DNA of 64,000 bases from Octopus bimaculoides. Lineage: Eukaryota. Location: contig NC_068982.1 of NCBI RefSeq assembly GCF_001194135.2, positions 57,842,514 to 57,906,513 of the forward strand. The letters run 5' to 3'. A program made the translations under genes and the position numbers. Positions 1-11,752 of the stretch are shown here, piece by piece; the stretch's first letter is position 1; every line of letters starts with the position of its first letter. Below the pieces are notes generated by a model, which did not search any database, was not told the origin of the DNA, and was given only the letters and a program-made list of their open reading frames with translations.

Positions 1-112
1 TTAGGTTTAAAAAAAAAAGAAGTTCTGGGGTCGATCCATTCAACTAAGAATTCTTTGAAGTGGTGCTCCAGCATGGCTGCAGTTTAATGACTGAAACAGG
101 TAAAAGATAAGA
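1..112 (+). mobile_element. SINE family A, 3' module only
   Basis: CTGGGGTCGAT...GGTGCTCCAGCATGGCTGCAG..ATGACTGAAACAGGTAAAAGA matches the 3' end shared by many copies in the window. Confidence 0.8.
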
Positions 113-142
113 GACAGTATGATGCCTATATATATATATATA

Positions 143-491
143 GGCGCAGGAGTGGTTGTGTGGTAAGTAGCTTGCTTACCAACCACATGGCTCCAGGTTC
201 AGCCCCACTGCGTGGCACCTTGGGCAAGTGTATTCTACTATAGCCTCGGGCTGACCAAAGCCTTGTGAGTGGATTTGGTAGACGGAAACTGAAAGAAGCC
301 CGTCGTATATATATATATANNNNNNNNNNNNNNNNNNNNNNNNNNNNNNNNNNNNNNNNNNNNNNNNNNNNNNNNNNNNNNNNNNNNNNNNNNNNNNNNN
401 NNNNNNNNNNNNNNCGCAATGAAAACCGGTTAGAAAAAATCTTTATTAAATTATGCTCCCAGTTCAGCATTCTGGCTTTTTTACATTTTCC

Positions 492-530
<39 letters not shown>

Positions 531-732
531 TTGTGTGTCTGTGTTTGTCCCCCCTACCATCGCTTGACAACCGATGCTGGTGTGTTTACGTCCCCGTAAC
601 TTAGCGGTTCGGCGAAAAGAGTCTGATAGAATAAGTACTAGGCTTACAAAAAATAAGTCCTGGGGTCGATTTTCTCGACTAAAGGTGGTGCTCCAGCATG
701 GCCGCAGTCAAATGACTGAAACAAGTAAAAGA
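143..732 (+). mobile_element. SINE family A (tRNA-like head 143-306; 3' module ~535-732), split by an N gap and an unrelated stretch at 415-491
   Basis: Head GGCGCAGGAGTGGTTGTGTGG...GGTTCAGCCCC (A/B-box-like), CCTTGGGCAAGTG, (TA)/(TG) tract, 3' module ending GTAAAAGAG; the halves may come from different copies. Confidence 0.8.
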
Positions 733-741
733 GTATATATG

Positions 742-935
742 TATACTGTGATGGTGGATGGTAGTGAAACATGGGTCTTGAATGTAGAGGATTTGTGAAA
801 ACTAGAAAAAAAAAACAGGAAGCAAGCATGCTTTGCTGGATGTGTGATGTGAGTGTGCTAGTGTGCAATGCAATGAGCTGAGTGAAAAGCTGGATATAAG
901 ATGAATCTGATGTCATGTAAATGAGAGAAGATTGT
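742..935 (+). pseudogene. RTE-clade LINE ORF2 C-terminal fragment, degenerate
   Basis: Translates as VMVDGSETWVLNVEDL*KLE..EASMLCWMCDVSV, resembling the RTE motif YGSETW...ERNEASMLRWMC. Confidence 0.75.
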
Positions 936-1083
936 TCTGGAGGAAGTATGTGATGCCTAATTGATTTAACGAGACTTGCAATTTGTAGTTATTGTGCTGT
1001 GACAGTATGTACAGGCTTGGAAATTGTCAACTCTTGGACAAGATTTACTGCTTGAACTAAATTTATATTCTATATCTTTTATC

Positions 1084-1370
1084 CTTTACTTGTTTCAGTC
1101 ATTAGACTGTGGCCATGCTGGAGTACTGTCTTGAAAGACTTTTAGTCAATCCCAGTACTTCATTTTCTTAAGCCTGGTACTTATTCTATCAATATCATTT
1201 GCCGAACAGCTAAGTCATGGGGACATAAACACACCAGTACCAGCTGCCAAGCAGTGATAGGCCTGAGGCTATAGTAGAAGACACTTGCCCAAGGTGCCAT
1301 GCAGTGGGACTGAGCCTAGAACCATGTAGTAGAGAACCAAGCTTCTTATCATACAGTTATACCTGCGCCT
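1084..1370 (-). mobile_element. SINE family A, internally deleted (no microsatellite)
   Basis: Reverse complement of the 3' module (1084-1255) joined directly to the reverse complement of the head (1260-1370). Confidence 0.8.
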
Positions 1371-1580
1371 ATATATACATGTATGTATGCATGTATGTAT
1401 GTATGCATGTATGCATGCATGTATGCATGTATGTATGCATGTATGTATGTATGTATGTATGTATGTATGTATGTATGCATGCATGTATGTATGTATGTAT
1501 GTATGTATGTATGTATGTATGTATGTATGCATGCATGCATGTATGTATGTATGTATGTATGTATGTATGTATGTATATAT
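1371..1580. repeat. (TATG)n/(CATG) microsatellite
   Basis: Direct inspection; source of the spurious MYVC/HTYI ORFs. Confidence 0.95.
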
Positions 1581-1859
1581 CAGTCCTCACTAATACTCTG
1601 GATTTGATGGAATCAAATTTTAGGAATAAACAGTGAAATAATTTTTAACATACTTAATGAAGTAAATGTGATGACTTTAATTAATCAAGGCTACACCTGA
1701 GAAGAGGTAACATATTGCTGAACAACACTTAAGAAAACCGAAGGTAAAAGCAAGATTGGAAATGAAGGATAGTGTATGTATGATGGTGACACTTCTTTAC
1801 AACTATCACATGATGCTATGGCAAGGAGATAGTAAAACACACACACACACACACACACA

Positions 1860-2020
1860 ATGAGCTTCTTTCAGTTCCCATCTGCAAAGTCCACGCATAA
1901 GGCTTTGGTTGGCTTGGGGCTATAGCAGAAGACACTCGCCCAAAATGTTATACAATGGGAATGAACCTGAATTAATATGGTTGTTAAGCAAGCTGCTTAT
2001 CACACAACCATACCTGCATG
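1860..2020 (-). mobile_element. SINE family A head half
   Basis: GCTTCTTTCAGTTCC...CTATAGCAGAAGACAC...ACAACCATACCTGC next to (CA)n. Confidence 0.75.
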
Positions 2021-2242
2021 AGTTACTTCACAAGAATAGATAATGAGGTAAGAGGGAAAATAGCCTGATCTTTAGCAAACATTTAGAATACCAGATATGT
2101 TTGAGTAAAGTACATATTTTCACAAGTCTACTAAATCAATGACAACATAGAAATATCTATGCATATACAAATAAAACATATACACTGGTGTGACAAAACA
2201 ACACAAAAGACTAAAGGAATAAAAAAAGGAAAAATAAACCTA

Positions 2243-2808
2243 AGCGTAGGAGTGGCTGTGTGGTAGGTAGCTTGCTTACCAACCACATGGTTCTGGGTTC
2301 AGTCCCACTGCATGGCACCTTGGGCAAGTGTCTTCTACTATAGCTTCGGGCCAACCAAAGCCTTGTGAGTGGATTTGGTAGGCGGAAACTGAAAGAAGCT
2401 CGTTGTATATATGTATATATATATATATATGTGTGTGTGTCTGTGTTTGTCCCCCCAACATCGCTTGACAACCGATGCTGGTGTGTTTACGTCCCCATAA
2501 CTTAGTGGTTCGGCAAAAGAGNNNNNNNNNNAGCCTTGTGAGTGGATTTGGTAGGCGGAAACTGAAAGAAGCTCGTTGTATATATGTATATATATATATA
2601 TATGTGTGTGTGTCTGTGTTTGTCCCCCCAACATCGCTTGACAACCGATGCTGGTGTGTTTACGTCCCCATAACTTAGTGGTTCGGCAAAAGAGATCGAT
2701 AGAATAAGTACTAAGCTTACAAAGAGTAAGTCCTGGGGTCGATTTGCTCGACTAAAGGCGGTGCTCCAGCATGGCCACAGTCAAATGACTGAAACAAGTA
2801 AAAGAGTA
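2243..2808 (+). mobile_element. SINE family A, full length, with an assembly-duplicated middle
   Basis: Head, (TA)(TG) tract and 3' module present; 2359-2521 is repeated identically at 2532-2694 across a 10-N gap. Confidence 0.9.
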
Positions 2809-3067
2809 GTGGTTGGCTGATATTATAAAAATTATCTCCCTTGATTGTTGTTTCGAGATTTTAAATACACCCAGAGAGAGATTTTGCCTTTTAATTACAA
2901 GGGTGACTCTCAGTTAACTGAAGTTTTCCAAACTCACTACAGTAAGCATGTAAGACTCTATAGTATGTGTATCTAGTCTGCAGAATGTTCACCTGAGGAA
3001 TTCTTCCTCAGTAACATTGTTAATATTCAGCATCAGTGCCACTATGTTCTCTCTCTCTTTCTGTATA

Positions 3068-3472
3068 TATGGCTGTGTGGTTAAGAAGTTTGCTTCCTAA
3101 CTACATGGTCTCAGGTTCAGTTCCACTGTGAAACATCTTGGGCACTGGGGTACTACCTTGAAGAATTTAGTCAAACAAATTGATTCCAGTACTTATTTTT
3201 TTTAAAGTCAGTTATTTATTCCATTGGAGTTTTTTTTTTTCTTGCTGAACCATTAAGTTACAGTGTTATAAACAAACCAACACCAGTTGTTATGTGGTGG
3301 GAGGAGGCACACAAATGATAGGTTTCCACACAGTTTCTGTCTACCAAATCCACTTACAAGTCTTTCGTTGGTCCAGGGCTATAGTAGAAGTCACTTGCCC
3401 AAAGGTGCCATGCAGTGGGACTGAACCTGAAATCATATGGTTCCAAGGCAAGCTTCTTGCCATGCCTGCACC
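3068..3472. mobile_element. SINE A head fragment (+, 3068-3145) abutting a diverged SINE A copy (-, 3150-3472)
   Basis: GGCTGTGTGGTTAAGAAG..GGTTCAGTTCC on +; CTATAGTAGAAGTCACTTGCCCAAAGGTGCCATGCAGTGGGACTGAACC belongs to the - copy. Confidence 0.7.
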
Positions 3473-3543
3473 AAGCCATGTTTAATTCTTGTGTACATAA
3501 GCATGACTAGTGATACTTAAGGATATTTTCATATGTAAGTCAA

Positions 3544-3624
3544 ATCTCTGATGAAGCTATAAGGTATTACTCAGGTACTCAGCTATGAGTCCACAACATC
3601 TTATAGCAGAAACAACTGTAAGCT
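3544..3624 (+). ncRNA. Minimal type I hammerhead ribozyme motif (Penelope-like-element type)
   Basis: ATCT-CTGATGA(3548-54)-A-GCTATAAG(3556-63)..CTTATAGC(3600-07)-A-GAAAC(3609-13)-AACT-GTA(3618-20)-AGCT: full core, 8-bp stem II, 2-bp stem III, stem I 3/4 paired. Confidence 0.7.
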
Positions 3625-4527
3625 AATGAAGTTCATAAGATAATCATTTATTCCTTCGTCATCTCATTTTCTTGTAACATATGGTACACGCGTGGACCAT
3701 GGGCAAATGTAATAAAAGTTAAAGTGGAGGAATTACAAAAACGATATGGTAATTCCTGTTGCAGGATGTCATGGCACCCCAGTTGGAAAGAACGCGCCAG
3801 AAGAAAGGGTCCTTCATTCGATATTAGGGTGCACATTTATTAATGTGTGGTTGGTGTATTAGGGAAGTGGAAACAGCATAACAGAGAGAATTAAGACATT
3901 AGGGAGAGGATGTGAGCAGAATAAAACAGAAGCAGAATAGGTAAACAAAACAATAAAAAGAAAAAGAAAGAAAAAAGAACAACAACAATAACAAGCTAAA
4001 AGATCTGAAGAATTTGTTATTTAAAAGTGAGACTCATTATCTCGAGTTAGTTTATAGAATATTGTTTTCCACCAATCTGGAATTTGTTTTTAATCTGTGC
4101 AATCAACCAATTAGTTGTTGTCAGAGTGGAAGAGAAAGTGAAGAATAAGTGTGGGTGATAGAAAGATAGAGGTTGTTCTGCTGCTAAGGGACAGTTGTGG
4201 TTATCTAAAGCTCAATTAAAATATGAAAAAAGAAATTCTCTTGGATAGAGTCCCAGCAGATTGTTTAGGCTTCACTGAAGCTATAGTTTCAGTATCTATA
4301 ACAATAATAATAAGACCTAGCATTGACACAACTGTTAGTACCATTACTAGCTCCACTTCAATTTATTTCTTCTAAAAGTTTGACTAACACTACTACTACT
4401 GCTGCTGCTGCTGTCACTGCCAACACCACCGACACCCCCTCCATGTTTAATGCAGTATACTCAACCTCCTTCCCCTTCATTACTGCCATTATTTATGCAA
4501 TCTGACAATTGTTGTCTCACATAGACA

Positions 4528-4710
4528 CTGGCATGGCTGTGTGGTTAAGAAGCTCAATTTGCAACCATCTAGTTTCAGGTAAAGTACCACTGTGTGGTAC
4601 CTCACACGGGTCCTCTGCTATAATAGCTTTCGACCTACAAGTCTTGTAAGTGCGTGTGCATGTGTGCGTATGTGTCTTTGTGTTTCTCACCTCCTACTCC
4701 ACTGCTTTTT
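4528..4710 (+). mobile_element. Diverged SINE family A, partial
   Basis: GGCATGGCTGTGTGGTTAAGAAG head followed by a (TG)-rich linker. Confidence 0.6.
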
Positions 4711-5140
4711 CTAATTTTGGCACAAAGGCTGAAATTTTGAGAGAGGGGGTGGTCAATTACATTGATCCTAGTGTTTAAATCTTTAGCATTCAAATTGGCC
4801 ATACCATGCCCAAATATTCTACATATTTAGTATTCAAAACTAACTAGATAAGGCCTCTCACAACTACCCTGCAATGTCATTCTAAAAGTAAACAAACACA
4901 TCATTGACATCTTGAAGCTACAAGATAATGTATGATAAATTCAAAACAATGTCAATAAATAAGCATTATATTTAACAGAATAATCTGAATGCTAAAGGGT
5001 TAACTGATACTTCTCTTATTGACTCTAAAAGGGTGAAAGGTAAGACTCTGGCAGAATTTGAACTCAGAACATAAAGAGCCAGAAGAAATGCTGTTACACA
5101 TTTTGACCAGTGTGCTAGCAATTCTGCCAGCTTACCACCT
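4710..5140 (-). mobile_element. SINE family B interrupted by a piggyBac-type MITE
   Basis: GAATTTGAACTCAGAAC (reverse complement of B box GAGTTCAAATTC) and CTGCCAGCTTACCACCT (head); flanks rejoin as CCTAGTGT-TTAA-CTGATACTT. Confidence 0.8.
4779..4999. mobile_element. Non-autonomous piggyBac-type MITE with TTAA target duplication
   Basis: TTAA(4775-78) ATCTTTAGCATTCA...TGAATGCTAAAGGG TTAA(5000-03): 14-bp TIR with 2 mismatches; no ORF. Confidence 0.85.
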
Positions 5141-5939
5141 CAACAAATTAGAAATATTGCAACCCCCCCCCCCCCAACAAACCAACAATATTTATTATGC
5201 ACCAAAAGATAACAGGGAAACTGAAATACTCGTCTTTGTCTCTACTACATTTGTATGTTCTTGTGATTTCATTTTTGTAGATATACTTTCTTTCCCTGAT
5301 CTGTTCCCCTTCCTACCTTGTAAGTCTGTTGCAGCATTATTAAAAGACCTCGCCAATTATCTACAATCAAATTAGAAGGCTTTGTGGGAGAGGGATCCAT
5401 TAGTAACTTCATTCTCTTCTTGCCATGTAGACTGAAGATAAGCAGCAAAGAGTCACCAGACTATCGTGCAGATTTACATTTAGAGCATATTCATTGGATA
5501 TTTCCTGCACATCATAATGTAAATGAGATTATTACAATAAAAACAATCATAAACAACACTTACACAAAAAGAAGAAAAACAAAACAGCTGAGGTAGATTG
5601 TTATAATCTGAGAGTAAAATCTCTCTGGTTTTGGTCAGTCAAATAAATGCAAGTAGCATTTGATAAAGCAGAGAGAATCTTTGATTCAATCTTAATATTG
5701 AAGATTAATATTAATGAGCAGAACTTATGAAACTTCTCAAAATTGGAATATATCTTTTTAACTTACTTGCAACAAAATACATCACAAATAGACGAGAAAA
5801 CTTTTACTCTATGCAGTCATATGGCTACCTAAAAACAGCAGTCGAATCTTTCGCAAATCATATCTCACACTGTCATTATTGCCAACATCTTCATCAACCA
5901 ATCCCTTCACAATTTTGCCATGTCACTCAACTAAACAAA

Positions 5940-6080
5940 GCACTTTATTTTATCAAGCTCAGAAGAATGAAAAGCAAAGTCGACTTTGGTGAGATTTGAA
6001 CTGTGAATTAGAAAAAAATGTCCGGGCAGTTCTGTTAGGTATTTTGTCCAATATGTTAATGATTTTGTTGATTCACTGAC
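5940..6080 (-). mobile_element. SINE family B fragment
   Basis: GAATGAAAAGCAAAGTCGACTTTGGTGAGATTTGAACT. Confidence 0.7.
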
Positions 6081-6819
6081 TTCTTATCAGTTAACTGGTT
6101 AAGATCTTAATGTAAACACTATTAGACATTTTAAGTAGCAATTTTAGACAGAAATAGCACCAAATTTGAAGAGATGGAATGACAGGTAGTTTATATTGTA
6201 ACTGGTAATGCAGTTGCCTGACAGGTGTTAAACAGCATGGTTCAAGTTTCATTAGTGAGCGTATTTCTCTTTACTATCTGAAACTGGAGTTTACCGCATT
6301 ATTGCCAATCTTCCACTTGAACGAAGAAAATTTTATTTCTATAGGGTTTTTTAGTATGTCTGCCAATTGCAATTCCTCACAGTGTCATTTTTATGTCTTT
6401 TTAATTATTTTTTTATGACATGAGGTAAGATTTGAACACACTGGGTACATTTATCATGGCACTAGCATAAGTGAGGCAACTTTGTATCCTGCAAAACAAA
6501 AGAAGGTTCTCACTAGTGCTTGTTGTATCTGTTCAGAGCAACTTGACCAATAGAGCAGGTAAGACAGAAAATGACTGCAGAAGAACCAGGGTGCAAGAGG
6601 AGAGAGAACAGTAAGATATGTGGGAAAGACAGGGTGGTGTTGGTGGTGGTGGGGGAGAAATAGAGGAGACATTGCTAGAAAGCATATCCATTCACACTTT
6701 CACTTCTTGGTTTTTTTTTCAATAAAGATGTAATATCTGATATGCAAAAATAAAGAACACACAATTCCAGAATAGACAGAACTGCAAGATATCTTGTCTG
6801 ATGTTCCTGTAATTTCTAG

Positions 6820-6955
6820 TGCTTTATCTATCGACCATGAAAGGATGAAGGGCAAAGTTGACTTGGGCAGGATTTGAACTTGGAGTACAGACAAACAATC
6901 AGAAAAAATAACACTAAGAATTCTATCCGGCATTGTAGTGACTCAGCCAACATGT
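6820..6955 (-). mobile_element. SINE family B fragment
   Basis: ATCGACCATGAAAGGATGAAGGGCAAAGTTGACTTGGGCAGGATTTGAACT. Confidence 0.7.
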
Positions 6956-7814
6956 CATCTTATCATGTCTAATATTATTCTTCATTTTTGTTATTGTTGC
7001 TGTTGTCTTCCATAAGATACACCTGCGTAAAAGATTACAGGTGAGAAGATAATGAACAGAAAGTTAAGACAAAAATAATGGCTCATTACACATGATTGAC
7101 TTCAGTTCTAATACCAGTTGTCTCTGGCACAGATCCTTAACACTTTTATTGTTCTATTCTATTTTGTTTTATCTTTAGTTTAGTTATTTATTTCTTCTAA
7201 CAATTTGTTGCAGTTAGTTTTGTTGTAAGTTTAGCAATGTTAACATCTAAGATGTGAAAACAAAAAAAAAAAGATAAAAAGCAGAGTATATCTTGGCTAT
7301 GTATGCACAGAATTATAATTTCTAGTCCAAAACACACCAATACTATACACATGGGTATATGAAAAAATGTTACTTCACTGTGCTACACACATAGTTTACT
7401 GTATCATTTTAATAAAGTGCTGACAGGTTATTTACAGAAACAATAATGAACTATGAATCTATGTTTTTGGCTCCAAGAAACTAACTAGATTGTTGTCATC
7501 ATCATCATCATCATCTTATTGTTATTGCAGTTGTTCCTGATAATCTTTTTAGATTTACCAGTGTTCATGCTATGACATCAGTTATGTGTCATTTAGAAAT
7601 AACACATTTGAATGTAATAAAACTTGTTCAAGGACAATTTGCTGGCAACCGAACACTACAAGTTGAAGTACTTTTGAGTTTGCTCTATGTGTGTGTATGT
7701 ATGTGAGAATAAATATATATACACACATAAATGTATATAGATAAATATTGTGTATGTATGCATGAAATACATACACACGCATTCATATGTATATCCTTAT
7801 ACACATCCTTATCA

Positions 7815-8020
7815 TTGTTTAACATCCACCTTTGCATGTTCGCATGAGTTGAACAGGATTTGTTGAGGTAGATTTTCTATGGCTGAATGCCCCTCCTGTA
7901 ACCAACCCTTACCTGTTTTCAATTAAGGTAGTATTTCTTGGAAGATTAGAAATGAAGGACACCGCTTGCATGGCAGTGGCACTTGTTTACAACTACCATG
8001 TGATGTCAAGGCTAAGAGAC
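7815..8020 (-). mobile_element. V-domain-like SINE 3' module
   Basis: TTTTCTATGGCTGAATGCCCCTCCTG is the reverse complement of a GGAAGGGCATCC-type motif; same module at 39480-39615 and 60290-60430. Confidence 0.6.
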
Positions 8021-8024
8021 AGTA

Positions 8025-8230
8025 ACACACAGAGGGGACAAATAAGGACAGACGAACGGATTAAGTCGATTATATCGACCCCAGTGTGTAACCGGTACTT
8101 ATTTAATCAACCACGAATGGATAAAAGGCAAAGTCAACCTTGGCGGAATTTGAACTCAGAACATAGCGGCAGACGAAATACCACTAAGCATTTCGCCTGG
8201 TGTGCTAACGTTTATACCAGCTTACCGCCT
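8025..8230 (-). mobile_element. SINE family B, tail variant B'
   Basis: Tail GGGGACAAATAAGGACAGACGAACGGATTAAGTCGAT matches the + copy at 57350-57570. Confidence 0.85.
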
Positions 8231-8392
8231 TCTCAGTTTCTGTCTACCAAGTTCATTCACAAGACTTTGGTCAGTACAGAGTTATAGTAAAAGACATTTA
8301 CCCAAGGTGCCACACAGTGGGACTGAACCTGAAACCATGTGGTTGGGAAGCAAACTTCTTACCATACAATTATACTTGTGCTTTTATATATA
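8230..8392 (-). mobile_element. SINE family A head half
   Basis: CCCAAGGTGCCACACAGTGGGACTGAACCTGAAACCATGTGGTTGG. Confidence 0.8.
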
Positions 8393-8447
8393 TATAAATA
8401 TATATATACACACACACACATATATATATATACACACACATATATAC

Positions 8448-8489
<42 letters not shown>

Positions 8490-8515
8490 TGTATGTGTGT
8501 GCATATATGTATATA

Positions 8516-9705
8516 CAGGGGTTGGACAAAATAATGGAAACACCTTAAAATTTCAAACAAATTCATTTTAATATGGGGTAGGACCACCTTTGGCAGTAAT
8601 TACAGCTTGAATTCTACGAGGTATGGATTTGTACAAAGTTTGAACTTATACCAAAAGAATTTTTGTCTTCAGCTAAATCAGTNNNNNNNNNNTGAGATCT
8701 GGGGACTGTGGTGGCCAGATAAGGTGTTCGACTTCACTAGAATGTTCCTCGTGCCATTCAGTAACAACTTTAGCTGTGTGAATTGGTGCATTATCATCCT
8801 GAAAGACTTTGTTTCCCTCCAGAAACAGTTCTGCAACCATAGGATGAATTTAATTAGATAAAATGCTTAAATAGTCTTGACTATTAATTCTGCCATGAAG
8901 GGAAACCATTGGGCCAGCAGATTTCCAAGATATAGCCCCCACCAGATCATCACAGATCCTCCTCCATGTTTAACAGTTGGGAGAAGGCAGTCTGGGACAA
9001 ATGCTTCTTTTGGCTGTCTTCACACGTATACTTGGTCAGTGGTTGGAAAAGAGGTAAAGGATGACTTGTCCGAGAAAATAACGTTCTTCCACTGCTTTAG
9101 GGACCAATTCTGTAGGTTTTTACTTAAGTCTAAACGTTTGTTTTGAAAGTAGTGGTTTTCTGATTGCAGCCCTCCCATGAAATCTGGCTTTGTGCATCTT
9201 CCAGTGAACAGTTTTTGTGGAAACTGGGTTCTGAAGGTGGTCATTAAGCTCTGCAGTAATTTTGGGAGCTGTACTTTTGTAATCTTTTCAAACAATTTGC
9301 ATAAGAGTCCGACGATCCCTATCTGAAAGTTTTGGTTTTCTTTGGGAGTTTTGTTCTGACGAGGAGGTTTTTACTTTTTTCTCAAAGGCTGTCATTACTT
9401 TCGAGACAATACTTCTTGATACACCAAACATCTTGGCTGTTTTCATTACGCTAGCACCTGCTATACGAGCACCGACAATTTGACCTCTTTGAAAGTATGA
9501 TAGATCTGTCATTTTAATGAATTTTAATTATCTTTTTCTGATGATATCTGAATAGAAACAGCAATTTTAGCAAAACATATTAAGCAACACTAATAAAAAA
9601 AAAAAACAAAAACATAAAAATAAACAAGCTTTTGACAGTTTTATAGATATTTCAAAATTATGATGCTATGATGCAAGGTGTTTCCATTATTTTGTCCAAC
9701 CCCTG
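8516..9705 (-). mobile_element. Tc1-family DNA transposon with decayed transposase
   Basis: Perfect 31-bp TIRs CAGGGGTTGGACAAAATAATGGAAACACCTT (8516-8546 and 9675-9705), TA on both sides. ORF from 9512: MTDLSYFQRGQIVGARIAGASV..., WKNVIFSDKSSF, TVKHGGGSVMIW, QDDNAPIH, WPPQSPDL (gap), SIPRRIQAVITAKGGPTPY*; stops and frameshifts present. Confidence 0.97.
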
Positions 9706-9744
9706 TACGTGTAAATGGACGTTAAATGATGATGATGCTGATGT

Positions 9745-9985
9745 ATATGTGTGTTTGTGTCTATGTTTGTCTTTCCACCACTGCTTGGCAACCAGTGTTG
9801 GTGCCTTTATGTATCTGTAACTTACCAGTTCAGCAAAAGAGACTGATATAATAAGTACTAGACTTTAAAAAACAAAAAAAAATAACAGTACTGGGGTCAA
9901 TTTCTATGACTAAAATTCTCCAAGGCAATGCCTCAGCATGGCCACAGTCTAATGACTGAAACAATTAAAAGATAAAAGATGACGA
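9745..9985 (+). mobile_element. SINE family A 3' module
   Basis: CCACCACTGCTTGGCAACC...AATAAGTACTAG...CAGCATGGCCACAGTCTAATGACTGAAAC. Confidence 0.8.
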
Positions 9986-10161
9986 CCCTTCCAAGATAAC
10001 AAAAAATGTTTCAACACACTATTTCACATCAAGATGCTTGCAAACGAAACACAAAAATGTAGTGTTTCATTTAATTTCGAAAATAATCAAAAATTTGGGA
10101 AATTTGGGAAAGTAATTTTTAGCTGATGTTTCGAACATAGATTAACAAAAGTTCTTAAATA

Positions 10162-10372
10162 AGCGCAGGAGTGGCTGTGTGGTAAGTAGCTTGCTTACCA
10201 ACCACATGGTTCCGGGTTCAGTCCTACTGCGTGGCATCTTGGGCAAGTGTCTTCTACTATAGCCTTGGGCCGACCAAAGCCTTGTGAGTGGATTTGGTAG
10301 ACGGAAACTGAAAGAAGCCCGTCGTATATATATCTGTGTGTGTGTATGTGTGTGTGTATGTTTGTCTCCACA
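10162..10372 (+). mobile_element. SINE family A head half, followed by an AAT/GAT low-complexity tract to ~10660
   Basis: Near-consensus head AGCGCAGGAGTGGCTGTGTGGTAAGTAGC...GAAAGAAGCCCGTCG. Confidence 0.9.
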
Positions 10373-11314
10373 ATCAATATAAATAATGATTATGACAATG
10401 ACAAGAATAATAATGATGATGATGATAATAATACTAATGACGATGATGATGATGATGATGATGGTAACAACGAAGATGATCAAAATAATCCAGTGATAAC
10501 ATTTATGATGTTGAATGTGATGATGATGATAGTAAATAATGATGAATAATGAATATGAAAATGACGACAATACTAACTATGAAGACAATAATGAGGATGA
10601 TGATGATGATGATGATGATGATGGAAACAATGGTAATGACATTGATGATGATGACAAACAACAGCACTGAGATTTGATAAATCTGATAACGATACCAAAT
10701 TTTGAGGAATTTTCTCTCAAGCACTTACAACTAATTGTTTGGAGTCAAACTCCAAAAATGAACTTTGACATAGCTGCAAAAATAAAATCACAATCAAAAC
10801 CGATTGTAAAGTGATGCAGTAACTGTGTTGATTCAAGATGGTCAGAGGACGGCTATCAGGGGTAACTGGAGTATCCAATAGTGACTGCTCGCTGTTTTAC
10901 GCTGACAAAATGAATAATGTTGCTATGAAAACTGTATTTCCCTGGAGCATATGAAAGCTGGCCATATTTGTACATGTTGTACTTGAGTAAGCTGCTAACA
11001 ACCAATGTTATATATTAAATGAAAATAAAAACAAAAAAAAAAGAAACATTGCTTTCCATTCTTGATAGAGGGCCAAAAACGATTTCTGCAACACTGTCAA
11101 GGAATGGTAAAACAAGCACACACACACAGAAACACACATGCACTCACATACACACACACACACACACACATTCACATAAATACAAAACAAATGCAACAGA
11201 TACACATATGCACACACTACTGCACTCATGAATGCACACATACACAGTCTTGAGACAGTGTAATGAAAACAAATTATATATATATCTATATGTGTTTGTA
11301 TAAATATATACATG

Positions 11315-11362
<48 letters not shown>

Positions 11363-11539
11363 CATGTATAGAGTGTTTGAAGTGGTGCATAGATATTGAA
11401 AAAGGAGGCAATCAGAATTTTGGATAATTCTTTATTAGGATATTCACTTGTTTTAATTTTGTCTTGACAAGTTTGATAAATGAACAAAGCACTAATAAGA
11501 AATTATTCAAAATTCAGACTGTCTTCTTTTTCTCAATAT

Positions 11540-11711
11540 AGGCACAGGAGTGGCTGTGTGGTAGGTATCTTGCTTACCAACCACATGGTTCTGGGTTCAG
11601 TCCCACTGTGTGGTACCTTGGGCAAGTGTCTTCTGCTATAGCCTCAGGTCAACCAAAGCCGTGTGAGTGGATTTGGTAAATGGAAACTGAAAGAAGCCCG
11701 TCGTATATATA

Positions 11712-11752
<41 letters not shown>

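Noticed and set aside
2359-2694. 163-bp exact tandem duplication inside SINE A
   Set aside because: The copies are identical, including microsatellite length, and flank a 10-N gap: unmerged contig overlap
9537-9570. CTGATGA-TATCTGAATA-GAAAC inside the Tc1
   Set aside because: No GUH triplet or stem I; only a 3-bp AT stem II
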